DNA from: Mitosporidium daphniae
Taxonomy: Eukaryota
Reading direction: 5' to 3'
Assembly: GCF_000760515.2 (NCBI RefSeq)
Contig: NW_013546356.1
Span: forward strand, 1 to 37,269
Length of the DNA: 37,269 nucleotides
The notes below the pieces were generated by a model. The model had not been told where the DNA came from. It made no database searches and saw nothing but the letters and a program-made list of their open reading frames with translations. Below, one piece after another: positions 10,401-21,510 of this stretch. Within the stretch, counting starts at the first letter, position 1; each line of letters begins with the position of its first letter. Both the position numbers and the translations under genes were made by a program.

Positions 10401-11339
10401 ATGTCCAAAGCCCCAAACTCGCCGAGCCCGAATTCATCCCTTTCCAGTCAGCACAAAGCATTTAAGGATGTCATGCAGAGACAATCCACTGTTCAAAAGA
10501 GAAATTTTTTGGATACCTTTTCATATTCAGAACCGTCTCGACATTTAAACTCGATGTTACACATACTCCTAAACACTCTGAAGGTAAACGATAATGATTC
10601 TTAATAGCAGGCTGCGGAAGGTCCTCTCACGATAAGCGAGCTATCCTCCCGATCGGAAATCAATATTGGCTCGATACCTGGCCTGTTAAGTTTGCTGCTG
10701 AAAAGCGACCGTGTCCGCGAAATATCGCCTGGAGTCGTCGAGCTCAGCGTAGGATTTGATCAAGTTTAAGACTTCAGACTCAAATCAGAGTTCGCTCCAA
10801 ATCGGATCTCATAAGCGTGCTACAAAGTGTGCCCAGGTATCACGGACTCCCCATCGCCGATATCATCCGCGGTGCGACAGCCTCTTCGGCCCCGAAAATT
10901 GAAGAATGGATCCAAGAGATTCAAGAACAGGAAAAGACAAGAACGCCCATCTACAGAATACCTATCCATTCTACCAAAAAGGACCCTCGGTTTGACATTT
11001 TATTTTACGACTGGTATCCCACGCCCTCGGTTCCAGAGGGTAGGAAGCGCCCGGTTATTAAAGTATAGAATACAAGCAACTGTGGTATGGATCCTTTGTT
11101 CCCCTCAATGAGGATGAACTGCAAAAGGAACTCGAAAGAGCTGGCATTGACAAAATGAGCGTGACTTCATCAAGTTCTTTGGACCAGCTAAATGCGGCTC
11201 AGGTATAGTGGAAGAGCGTTATCCCTGAATTTAGAGTGCTCGGGGGCGAAAGACACCAAGATTAAATAGAAAAATCCGACTTACAAACACTCACCTTCAG
11301 TCGATCGGGCTCGACTTTTCAAAGGACTATGAGGTATGA
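10401..11339 (+). CDS. TFA2: Transcription factor TFIIE beta subunit
   Basis: Introns 10584-10607/10610, 10749-10777, 11040-11068 and 11203-11234. These give VRSKSDLISVL...GLPIADI...TKKDPRFDILFYD...EYKQLW...ELERAGI...KIRLTNTHL...SKDY. Confidence 0.82.
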
Positions 11340-11551
11340 GAGCCGTCCAAATGGCGTTCTGTAAAACGGAAGCAACAACATCAATTGATGTTGTCATAAC
11401 TACAAACTTTTGGCATCGAAATAAATACCTGTGCCCGCATTTAAATTTGCATGGTGTTCCCTTGGTGGAGTGGGACTTTACTTGTAAGTGTTTAAAATGA
11501 ACTTTATTCAATTTTACGTTTCCAACTTTAATTTAGACAATTTCGATCATC

Positions 11552-13275
11552 ATGTCGGTGGACCTATTTTCTCTGCGTGAAACACTATCCACATCGTCGT
11601 TGGTGGGGGCTATGCCGCCCCCGCCCCCTCTCATGAGGGCTGTTTTCGTAGTCATCGGAGCATCTGGAGACCTTGCGAAGCGAAAAACATTCCCGGCCCT
11701 TTTTGCGCTGCTCAAGCACGGCTTTTTGTGTCCCGAATCCATTCTTTTGGGCTTTTCCAGATCAAAGATGGATGACGCCGATTTTTCTGAGCACATCACT
11801 TCATTGATAAATGATGGCGGTTTGGACGCTTTTTGTTACCATACTAGATCAAGAGCTAGTTTCGCGCTTCAAATCGATGTGTCACTATGTATCTGGGGAT
11901 TACAATTCGAAAAAATCATATGCGCTGCTGAAGGATCGCATACTTGAATTAAAATCCGGCTCAAGATTCAGCGAAGCTCATGAATTTCCGTTCATTTTCT
12001 ACCTTGCAATCCCGCCTTCTGTCTTTTTGGAGGTGGCGCGTTCAATCCATCATTACATCATTCCGCATCTTTCATCTCCCTCTGTTCCTTCAAACTCGTC
12101 GCGATTTCGACTTGTTGTTGAAAAGCCTTTTGGCCATGACTTGGACTCGTCAAACGAACTTTCTACATCTTTGGCTGAACTGTTCGATGAAAAACAGGTA
12201 AAACTCCATTTTTGATGCCTTTAGCTTTATAGAATAGACCACTACTTGGGGAAGGAGATGGTCAAAAATACTTTGGTGCTTAGGTTTACAAATAGGCTTT
12301 TGGAGACCGTTTGGAATTCAGATAACATTGCAAACGTGCAGATCACGTTTAAAGAAACTCAAGGTGTCGAGGGCCGTGGCGGATATTTTGATTCCTATGG
12401 CATCATACGGGATGTGATGCAGAATCATCTTCTTCAAATCCTCTCTTTGATTGCAATGGGTAGACCGGTTTCTTTTTCTTCTGATGACATACGTGATAGC
12501 AAGGTTCGTTTCAAAGATTATACTGTATCACATTAAGGTGGCCATCTTGAGGGCAATAAGACCAATTGACGCACAAAGCGTGGTTTTAGGCCAGTATGTG
12601 AGATCTGGATCGGCAATCGGATATACGGAAGACCCGTCCGTTCCAGATACTTCGACGACGGCAACATTTGCAGCCCTGGTGATCTATATTGATGTGCCTG
12701 CTTGGAGAGGCGTTCCTTTTATCTTGAGATGTGGAAAGGGCTTAAACGAACAAAAGGCCGAAATCAGAATCCAATTTAAGGAGGTCGATGAACAGGTCCC
12801 TCGCAACGAGCTCGTGATCAGAGTGCAGCCAAGAGAAGCTGTATATTTGAAGCTAAACATCAAGAACCCTGGTCTTACAGTACCGATTTCTTATAGTGGT
12901 GCAACATCGTCTTCTGCTGGCTCATCTCCTAGCCTTAGAGATGAAGAGACCATAGTCGCTCCACCTGACCCGTTCATCAGCAGCGAGCTAGATCTAACAT
13001 ATGGGCACAAGTTCTCGGATTCTAGAATTCCAGATGCATATGAATCGCTTCTTTTGGATTTGCTGCATGGAGAGCAAGGAAATTTCGTTCGCCGAGATGA
13101 GCTGGATGCGGCTTGGAAGATTTTCACTCCTTTGCTGGAAAATGTCGAGTCGAGGCCGTATCCGCCGGTCCCATATGCCTTTGGTTCTCGAGGTCCAAAG
13201 GAGGCTGACGATCTCATAAAAAGCACAGGGTACAAAAGAGACGAGGGCTACACCTGGCATCCTCCGCGTCTATAG
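11552..13275 (+). CDS. ZWF1: Glucose-6-phosphate dehydrogenase
   Basis: [36 protein letters not shown] and [20 protein letters not shown]; introns 11820-11847, 12198-12224, 12504-12537. Confidence 0.97.
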
Positions 13276-13391
13276 CATTCATGATGAGCGTTAACTAACA
13301 AGTCGGAATTAAAAGTTAACCAATCACACATTGGTGCAACATAAAAAAATTTAATCTGCAATTGGTAGGGGGTGCGGCTATGTGCGTCGCG

Positions 13392-14554
13392 TTATTCACA
13401 CTTTTCTTTATTAGAAAAACTCGAGTTGAGAGTGGCATATTCTCTCCTAGCAATGTCTTGCACAATGGTTAAAATAAAGTACACAATCATCATTGTTAGG
13501 ACGATGTTCCAAATAAAGCCAACCATGCCCATCTGCCACCATCAAGATAAGAAACATACCTTAATCGGATGGGTTGTTGGACCGTGCTTTGGGTTAAACC
13601 CATTTATACATTCCTGCAAAAAGGAATCGATCCACTCCCCCAGGGCCGGATTGGTGATCGATTTTATGTTCGACACAATGACCTCTATTGTGGGCGGAGA
13701 AACAAGCAAAATAACGGCAATTGTCTACAAAGCATGATTAGGCAATTGGCCCACCTGCAAAGATGCCTTGATGATGGCCTTCCCAACAAAAGTGGCCAGG
13801 AAAAAAGACCAAAACGGAATTCCATAATATCCGCATGTGATCCCTACGCTCAAAAACCATCCGTTACCAGCAAGGTCAAATAGTGGATTCGGAATTGACG
13901 CACAAAGCAAGATGCCGAAAACCCCAAATTTTTGCACCATCCATCGGATCAGGGAGTGGAAGTAGTCTGTCCATCCGTTTGGGCGGAATGTGAACGGCGC
14001 CTTTTTATCGTTAAGGGCACAGGTTTTAGCAATAAAATAAGGCGGCAACTCGCCAATTGCAGTGCCAAAGCCCCAAAAGAAGGACTCCCAAATTACCTTT
14101 TTAATAATTTCAGCGAGCGGAACGAAAGATCGGGACTCCTCATCGCCCCAGCACGTAAAGCTAACATGTAATTAAGCAGGCAAAACCCGTTAGGCCCACG
14201 CGTATCAAAGTTTAGCGAATTGCATACGAAGGCGGTGGTTGCAGTCTCTGCAATAAAGGGAGCCAGAAAAAGCACAAAAGTATGGGCACCTGAGCCAAGA
14301 CCAATTGTGGACATTATGCCAAGCATGAACCATTCCGAATACCATAGCACCGCAGGCAGGAGCTTATAAAAGAAAGGGAAAAAGGATAGCGCAAAAACCA
14401 CAAGAAAAGCGACGAGGAAGCATTTTATGATGGTGGAGTAGAATCTTCTTATCAATGATATCAATTGGCGATATGAAAATCGATAAAAAAGGCTTAGCAC
14501 CAGAACAGGATTTTCGAAAACAGAAAGATGGGCCTCCTCCGCATCTGAGGCCAT
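13392..14554 (-). CDS. VMP1: Vacuole membrane protein 1 (VMP1/TMEM49, DedA superfamily)
   Basis: LGIMSTIGLGSGAHTFVLFLAP, WGFGTAIGELPPYF and ASIPNPLFDLAGITCG; introns 14161-14186, 13844-13867, 13725-13754, 13533-13559. Confidence 0.9.
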
Positions 14555-14793
14555 CTTGAAATAAAGTAAATTCCAAGAAAAAATTTAATCCCCTTTAAAG
14601 GGACACACGTTAAATTTTCCTCTCACCACAAAATATTTACAATTCAGATAACTTACCAAGTCAGCAGCCATAAACTGTGCTAAAAGGCCTCATCTGATGC
14701 CGATTGGTTGCTTTTTATTTCATTTCTCCAAAAAGCTCGTCATATAAAATTACCGGACCACCTGCTGCACATTTGCATGCATCGGAAATGGCG

Positions 14794-15090
14794 TCATAAT
14801 TTATTTTCCCTCAAAGCTACCTTTGATTTATACAAAACTAGCTCGCATGCAGGGTACAAGGCAAGCTTTGTTTGATATTCGTTCGAGCTTGAGTTACCTT
14901 TGAAAACGCTTGCCATTTTACCAAACATTCCTTTTTTCTTTTTAACCTGAGATTTCCGAGTCTTCTTGATCCCTGACAAGTTTTTCCAACTTATTAGACA
15001 TGCTACCAATCTCGGGGTTTTCTTTCCACACATAGACTTGGATATATCTGCAGGACTATTTTTATCCTCTACTTTCACACTGGCATACAT
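14794..15090 (-). CDS. Possible small basic hypothetical protein
   Basis: 98-aa Lys-rich ORF with an A-run before the ATG; no recognisable family. Confidence 0.25.
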   Translation of the reverse strand: MYASVKVEDKNSPADISKSMCGKKTPRLVACLISWKNLSGIKKTRKSQVKKKKGMFGKMASVFKGNSSSNEYQTKLALYPACELVLYKSKVALRENKL

Positions 15091-15118
15091 TTTTTATGTC
15101 TTCCTTTCGTTTTGAGGC

Positions 15119-15600
15119 TTTCCGAGCTAACCCTGATCTGTGTGGTGTGAAGTGTTTAAAAGCGCAGTTGGGATCTCCCATATGGCATATTCCAAGAAAA
15201 AGGAAACAAAGCCCAATAACATCCACATAGCGTTTGTTGCCAAAGGGCTATTTGCTGGACCAAATGTCCACAGATTTCCAAGTTTTTTAGAGTTTTTCTT
15301 GGTTCACGATTTCGGAGAAAATTAGCGCCAAGTTGCAAATAGCGGTGTGATCGTTAAATTTGAATGTTGCAGTGACAATTGCAATGGCCCCCAGATTGTA
15401 AGTACCTTTCTGCGGCCACATCCGATGCATTCTACTACCAGTGGCCAAGCTAAGGCCGATGTTAATCCAAGTCGCACCGCAGTATAGATTCAATGGTGGG
15501 GGCAAATTCTATGGCAGCGTAATTCTTAAAGCGTCCAAAGTGGATGATGGTTTAATTTGATAACAGCTCAGGTTTGAGAGAGAGAGAGCAACTTGAGCTG
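15119..15600 (+). ncRNA. Candidate structured ncRNA (possible telomerase RNA)
   Basis: No convincing CDS; CTAACCCT at 15127-15134, several nested complementary segments, and a 3' AATTTGA followed by an 11-bp hairpin. See findings. Confidence 0.3.
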
Positions 15601-15628
15601 CTCATTCTCGCAGATGAAAACAAAGAGC

Positions 15629-18600
15629 CTATTCAGGAGCAAGCAAAAATATATCGAGTAACTTGGTGGTATCCATGCTGGAGAGGGCGGCATTTTGCTG
15701 CGTGATCAGCGAAGAGACCATGCTTAGTTTGAATTGCTGCAGCGATAAAAGCCGTTGTTCGATGGTGCCGCGAGTGAGAAGCCGGTAAACAGAGACGCTT
15801 CTTGTCTGCCCAAGCCGATGTACACGGTCCATCGCCTGTAGGTCCTTGGTTGGGTTCCAGTCGCATTCGACAAATATCACTATATCGGCACCAGTCAAGT
15901 TGAGCCCCTCACCACCAATGCCAATTGTCATCAAAAGCAGGCCAATGGAGGCGTCTCCATTAAAGTTTTCCACCACCATCCCTCGTCGTGCAGGTGGAAT
16001 GGATCCGTCTAAACGCAGCCAGGTAATTTCGGAAAAAGAACGGCGAAGTAGCTGCTCTTCTACGATCTCTAGCATGCGCGTGCTTTGGAACACAAGCAGT
16101 GCCCGGTGAGCATATGGTGAGGACCCTGTAATCCCACTCTCCGAAAGGAGCTCACCCAGCGCCACAAGTTTAGGCGGTATGCTAGTGGCGGCATCGGTAA
16201 CTTCAGAAGGCCCAGTACCATCGGCACCTTTAAGCAATGCAGGTGCATTACATACCTGCAGCAGGGTGCGAATTGTCGAAAAGACATGGACACCTTCTTC
16301 GCGGTCTCTGTGCAGCACAAACTCATAAAGCTTTCGTTGCTCTTGCGAGAGCTCGACAAAGCGGTCGATGATAATCTTTGGCGGTAGATCATCAAGCACA
16401 TCTTCCTTCATGCGTCGCAGCATGAACGGGTTACATGCGCGATGGAGCAGCTCCAACGTCTCCGCAGAACGCCGTACCACTGCTTTGCGTGCATTTTTGG
16501 AAGTTGCATTGCTTGCAGCGGCTGCGGCCTGGACGGTACGCCCATAACACCGCATAAAAACAGCATGTGTGTTACCAAGAAACCCCGGCATAATGAAGTC
16601 AAAAAGTGACCACAGCTCGGTCAAGTTGTTTTGCACAGGCGTTCCCGTTAGTATGACACGATGAAGGGCTCGGAGCTGCTTCGTAGCCACCGAGACCTTA
16701 GAGCGAAAGTTTCGGATTGCATGGCCTTCATCCAACACAACCCATGCCCAAGTGATCTCGGAAAGTAACTCAGGATCTACGCGTACAACGTCATAAGTAG
16801 AGATGACAAGCAAGCCGCGACAAGGGCCATTTATGTGAGAATTTTCACCAGGATGGTCTTGAGGCCAGTTGCGAAAGGTCGCTAACAGTCCACGACGGTC
16901 CGGTCCGTGGTAAAGCATCGGCTGCAAGTAGCGGCCAGTCAATCTCTCGCATTCCATCTTCCAATGGAGCAGCAGAGATGGTGGCACAACGATAAGTGAC
17001 GGAAGTTGCTTTTCGCGGGGTGAAAATATTCCCGCAGCGCCCGCAGCAAGCACAGTCAACATTTGAATGGTCTTTCCAAGACCCATGTCGTCACAAAGGA
17101 TGCCATGGAGCCCTGCACGTGCTAGAAAGGCAAGCCAGGAAATACCTTCACGTTGATATGGTCGTAGTGTAAATTCAGCAAAGCTTTTGGCATTTTGCTG
17201 GGCTTGTGAGGCACAACTAAAAATGCCATCGGTATCTTTTTCACTCTCTTCAATACCAAGAGTATCCCCCTTCTTCAGGTTGCTAGGTTGGTCGCCTTGG
17301 TATGGTCCATAACATATCTGAGGATCGAAGAGCGGAACGGTTTCCGGGCGAAAAAGTTGATCGCAAAAGTGAATAGCATCGGTACGCATTTGTTCCAACA
17401 GTGGCTTCATATTGGCGGTTTGTAGGGTGGTGGTATCTTTTGATGGCGAGACCTGTAGTGCCACTCCCTGGATTACAATTGCGAAGCAGTGAGCGGATCG
17501 CAAGCGGATTCCTACGTCTGCATGAGAGAGCAAAGGAATCAATGGCGGGGCAAGAAGAGGAAGATACATAAGGATAGCATTGACATAGGATGATGCAACT
17601 CCATTATTTTCAAGTGAAAAAATCCGAATTATGGCGTCAAGGACACCACGTATACGAAGGATCGACGTAGATGAATCGCTCATCAGCTGTGTACTACTCA
17701 TTACATCAACAAGACTAAGCGGGCTTCCTGGAGTCAATATTTCTTGTAACAGCATATGATCCAATTGGCGTGAACTATTAAAACTCAAGGATTGATGATA
17801 TGGTTTCCCGGCAGTAGCTGCTAACACCCAAGCACTCCAGTGAATTTTTGCCTCCAACTCTGCAGGATCGTTTTCTTCAGTTGGGTCTTTAAACAGAAGA
17901 ATGTCATTCTGGAGTGAGAGCAACCGTATTGAAGGCGAGCTCTTCTTTATACCACTTTCCAAGTGGGAATCCAAAGGGGACGCAACATGAAAGGTTAGGT
18001 TATCTCCGTCTTCTAATGTACAGTTATAACCAGCCGCATTGATAATAAGCCAGCTAAGTTGTAGGCGTCTGAGGAGTGGGATTTGAGGGGGGAAAAGCGC
18101 ATCCTGTAGCCAACGAATCCACTGAAGTTCGAGATTAACAGGTTTAAGTATCGAAGATAATGCAAGAAAAGCCCGAGCAAATGGCGCTGGCAATCGTGGC
18201 TCCACCTCAGATACACAAGTTTCCATATCTCGTTCATGATCATTGGTGGCGTCCTCTTTTTGATCTTGATTATCCAAATGAACCCCGTCGAAAGTCTCGA
18301 GAAAGATATCTGCTGAACCAATCCCAAGTAGCATGTTAGCTAAGGCCTTGAATGCAGCTGTGGCCGGCTGCGCTACTGCAAATAGAGTTTTCGATGCCTG
18401 GGCAGATGGAAGTTTCGGAGACGTGTTTTTTGGCAACATTTCAGGTGAAGCTGATGAATACGTAGCCAGATGAGAGTCGGCAGTAATGAGATGATGGAGC
18501 AAGAGTGCGAAGGCTGCAGAGACTTCTCCCTTTATTGGTGCCAAGGCCTGCAAGCTCTGGATGGAACCATCTTCGCTTCGCAGCCAGCTTACAATGGGTC

Positions 18601-21406
18601 GCAATACTGGATTTAGTGCGAATGAAGATAAGCTAGCTGGAACAGCTACATTATCAATAGGCAGTAGAAACCGTAAAAACAATGTCGCAAGTATCGCCCA
18701 AACTTGTAGCCGAAGTTGCTCGTGCATTGACTGCAAAGAATCGACAAGCGACTGCAGCTGGAAGAAGCATTGAGGATCTTGCGAGATCAAAGCGGCCGCA
18801 CGCCCCAGCAATCCTGGAATTGAAGCATTAAGGCTGCCAGGCGAAACGGTGGTCACTTGATTGAGATGACGCTCAATAGCAGCTACAAGGTCAGCTTCCT
18901 CTTCCTGGAAGACTATCTCATCAGTCGAGAGCGGCAACAACGCCAACTGCCAAAGCATTATAGCGGCATCACGCCGCATTTCCATACTAAAACGAACACA
19001 ACGCATAAGGACCCAAGCAGAAGCCATTGTGCGCCAGGCACCATGCCCAGGCTGCAATGGGAAAAGTTGCTCAGTAAGATCGGCGAACGTAATAATAGGC
19101 ATCGCAGCGAGTAGCTCGCCAAGTGCCACCGCTGCACGCCAACGATTGATCAGCCGTGGCATGGAGGCAGAAGTTGCCACGACTGATGCCGTGAGTGTGG
19201 ATATGTCTGCTGGCGAAAACCCGAGGTCCGATTTTGATGCCCATGGAAAAGCAGCGCGTACAAATGGTGCTAGCGGATGGTGCAGTAATAGTGTTCGCAT
19301 CCGCAATACGGCCGTCATAAGCTGTTCGCTGGAGGCTTCTTCACAAACTATTGTTGGAAGAATCTCACTCCATAGCGCGGCAGTTTCTCCCAGTAATTCT
19401 GGATCGTCCTCCAACAGCATGCTCTGGAAAAGAGCCTCCATTAGCAGAGATGGTGGATGAACTTGCATCCGCATCAAGCGGATTGTCCGCAGAAATGCGG
19501 CACGCACAGATGAAAGCGGATGTCGTGAATAAATTAGCAGTGCCGTGGCATCTCCAGTCAGCACGTTTACTATGGATGGATCTCTGATAAAGGCCTCTGG
19601 TTCAACCTTATCAATCGCAGTGGAGGGTTTAGTGGCATCTTTAGCACGTTGGTTTTTGGACGTCTCCGTGATAAGCAATGCTGCAAGCAGTTGCATCCCG
19701 ACAGTGGTAATTGGAGAGAGATCTTCCTCTTCATGAGCTCTCTCAAGCATCAGTTGCGAAATTGAAGCGGCGAGTCGAGATAATGACAAAGACTCCAAAA
19801 TGAAGCGTCGTTCTTTCAGATTACAAGTAATGGCGCTAACAGGTTCAGCAGTATCTTTCAGCAGAGTGGAACCGTCATTTTCGAGAAGCCATAAAAGTAT
19901 CTCGGTGGCCACAAGGCGAATGTCGTCGTCCTCACACGGAGCTGTGAGACAAGTGGTGAGTATTTGTACGACATCTAGAGGCTGCAGAGGTTTCGGCGAT
20001 CCCCCAGAAGATACGATGAGTGCCTTGATTACCAACAAAGCGGCATGTCTGGCATGCCATGGCAAGGTCTGATCGGCCATCCTTACCACTTGCATACCAA
20101 TCATCTGTAATGCCTCGTTTATGAGAGATGTGGATCTCTCAAATGAAAATTGTAGCGACGTGCAAGCTGTAGCAAGCAAAGAGGCAGCGGCTTCCCGCAC
20201 TGGCGCTTGTGTACGCTCGCCTACAAAATCAGCGAACGATTCTAGCGTCAACAATTGCAAGACACGAAAGGCGACACAACATATTGCAAATCCATCTTTT
20301 TCGTCAATGGGGAGACGCTGCATCAGCAGTGCCTCAAGCCCGAGAGCGGCACCATGGCGGATTGTCCAGCGATCATGTAGCAGCCCTTCAAACGAGAGCT
20401 GTAGTATTGCATCCATAAGTGAGGAAGGTTCTGGTAACGGTCCAGATGGAAAAGAGACAGGCTTACAAACTCGGCCTTTTTGTTTTGGTTTGGAACATGG
20501 ACTAGGGCTAGCAACGTCTTCTTCATCGATCCAATCCATGGGAAGAGCGCTGGTTCCGGGGATCGCTGCACCAAGAACTCCTCCAGTGGCTCGCTGAACC
20601 TCCTCCCTAGCCGTGGCAAGCCGCTTCTTTTTGAGCTCTGGATTTGAACGGGCGTTAAGAGGAGATTGTGCAGAATAATCCTCTTCATCATATTCGGTGC
20701 CTGCCGATGAAAGCAACCTCTCACCGCCTCTGATAAAGGCGACAATGTCGAACGTTGAAAGATGGCTTTCAAGTGTCAACTGCCAATCTGACTGAAATGG
20801 ATGGAAGGGTGGCGTTATTTTGGCCAAGTCACAATCAGATTCTGTCTTAATTGCAGAAGAATCAGAGACCTTACTAAGGGTATTTAGCAGAGGCCCAAAG
20901 TAACCCAAAGCAGCACTAGCTGCTTCGCGCACATCCCAAGATGACGGCCCCGATGATGAGCTTGCGGCTGGTTTCGTGCTGGGGCGTAATAATAGCGAAA
21001 TTAGGCGCTGGCAAATCGGCGAGATGGTTTCAGAGCGCAAAGTTCCGATTTGTGCTAATTGTTCTCCTGCATTGAGACGCACTTGGGATGTCTGACCGGT
21101 CTCTAAAATTGCCAAGAGCCTATCGATCCTGTTTTGACTTGTAGTTGCAGATGATGTGGAAATTACCAGACGAGATGATTCAGAAACATTGGAAGAATCT
21201 GATAGCGAATTTTTTGATCTCGATACTTCTTCATGAAACTCATTCATAGGCAAAAAAGCTACTGGAATAGACGATATGACAGCTTCCGGGGCAGAAGTAC
21301 TCAGCGATCGGCTAATCTGTGCTGCCGAATCATCCGGCTGAGAATTATTTAGTAAAATTTGTGTGCGTGTGATGGGTTCTTTCCTTCTGGGCAACGAGGG
21401 GGGCAT
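15629..21406 (-). CDS. MOT1: TBP-associated SNF2 ATPase Mot1/BTAF1
   Basis: N-terminal RIDRLLAILETG..VRLNAGEQL, FADFVGERTQAPVREAAA, HEAT region, HGILCDDMGLGKT, DEGH, and WNPTKDLQAMDRVHRLGQ. Confidence 0.96.
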   Translation of the reverse strand: MPPSLPRRKEPITRTQILLNNSQPDDSAAQISRSLSTSAPEAVISSIPVAFLPMNEFHEEVSRSKNSLSDSSNVSESSRLVISTSSATTSQNRIDRLLAILETGQTSQVRLNAGEQLAQIGTLRSETISPICQRLISLLLRPSTKPAASSSSGPSSWDVREAASAALGYFGPLLNTLSKVSDSSAIKTESDCDLAKITPPFHPFQSDWQLTLESHLSTFDIVAFIRGGERLLSSAGTEYDEEDYSAQSPLNARSNPELKKKRLATAREEVQRATGGVLGAAIPGTSALPMDWIDEEDVASPSPCSKPKQKGRVCKPVSFPSGPLPEPSSLMDAILQLSFEGLLHDRWTIRHGAALGLEALLMQRLPIDEKDGFAICCVAFRVLQLLTLESFADFVGERTQAPVREAAASLLATACTSLQFSFERSTSLINEALQMIGMQVVRMADQTLPWHARHAALLVIKALIVSSGGSPKPLQPLDVVQILTTCLTAPCEDDDIRLVATEILLWLLENDGSTLLKDTAEPVSAITCNLKERRFILESLSLSRLAASISQLMLERAHEEEDLSPITTVGMQLLAALLITETSKNQRAKDATKPSTAIDKVEPEAFIRDPSIVNVLTGDATALLIYSRHPLSSVRAAFLRTIRLMRMQVHPPSLLMEALFQSMLLEDDPELLGETAALWSEILPTIVCEEASSEQLMTAVLRMRTLLLHHPLAPFVRAAFPWASKSDLGFSPADISTLTASVVATSASMPRLINRWRAAVALGELLAAMPIITFADLTEQLFPLQPGHGAWRTMASAWVLMRCVRFSMEMRRDAAIMLWQLALLPLSTDEIVFQEEEADLVAAIERHLNQVTTVSPGSLNASIPGLLGRAAALISQDPQCFFQLQSLVDSLQSMHEQLRLQVWAILATLFLRFLLPIDNVAVPASLSSFALNPVLRPIVSWLRSEDGSIQSLQALAPIKGEVSAAFALLLHHLITADSHLATYSSASPEMLPKNTSPKLPSAQASKTLFAVAQPATAAFKALANMLLGIGSADIFLETFDGVHLDNQDQKEDATNDHERDMETCVSEVEPRLPAPFARAFLALSSILKPVNLELQWIRWLQDALFPPQIPLLRRLQLSWLIINAAGYNCTLEDGDNLTFHVASPLDSHLESGIKKSSPSIRLLSLQNDILLFKDPTEENDPAELEAKIHWSAWVLAATAGKPYHQSLSFNSSRQLDHMLLQEILTPGSPLSLVDVMSSTQLMSDSSTSILRIRGVLDAIIRIFSLENNGVASSYVNAILMYLPLLAPPLIPLLSHADVGIRLRSAHCFAIVIQGVALQVSPSKDTTTLQTANMKPLLEQMRTDAIHFCDQLFRPETVPLFDPQICYGPYQGDQPSNLKKGDTLGIEESEKDTDGIFSCASQAQQNAKSFAEFTLRPYQREGISWLAFLARAGLHGILCDDMGLGKTIQMLTVLAAGAAGIFSPREKQLPSLIVVPPSLLLHWKMECERLTGRYLQPMLYHGPDRRGLLATFRNWPQDHPGENSHINGPCRGLLVISTYDVVRVDPELLSEITWAWVVLDEGHAIRNFRSKVSVATKQLRALHRVILTGTPVQNNLTELWSLFDFIMPGFLGNTHAVFMRCYGRTVQAAAAASNATSKNARKAVVRRSAETLELLHRACNPFMLRRMKEDVLDDLPPKIIIDRFVELSQEQRKLYEFVLHRDREEGVHVFSTIRTLLQVCNAPALLKGADGTGPSEVTDAATSIPPKLVALGELLSESGITGSSPYAHRALLVFQSTRMLEIVEEQLLRRSFSEITWLRLDGSIPPARRGMVVENFNGDASIGLLLMTIGIGGEGLNLTGADIVIFVECDWNPTKDLQAMDRVHRLGQTRSVSVYRLLTRGTIEQRLLSLQQFKLSMVSSLITQQNAALSSMDTTKLLDIFLLAPE

Positions 21407-21510
21407 TCGTGAGCGTCACTGCAGCTGATGATTGCTGATTCATGCGGAAATTGGTGCTTTTATAGTCGGGATGCTTAAATCGCTACATTGCTTGCAATTT
21501 AAATTTTATT

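Noticed and set aside
15140..15505. Short ORFs (60-72 aa) in the candidate ncRNA region
   Set aside because: Non-ATG starts and stops in all frames. I found no mini-intron combination that joins them into a plausible protein, though a highly divergent gene cannot be fully excluded.
15846..20772. Numerous 60-160 aa ORFs overlapping MOT1 (likewise over tubulin, SEC6, ZWF1 and the HEAT gene)
   Set aside because: Antisense or alternate-frame shadows of long coding regions, with no motifs.
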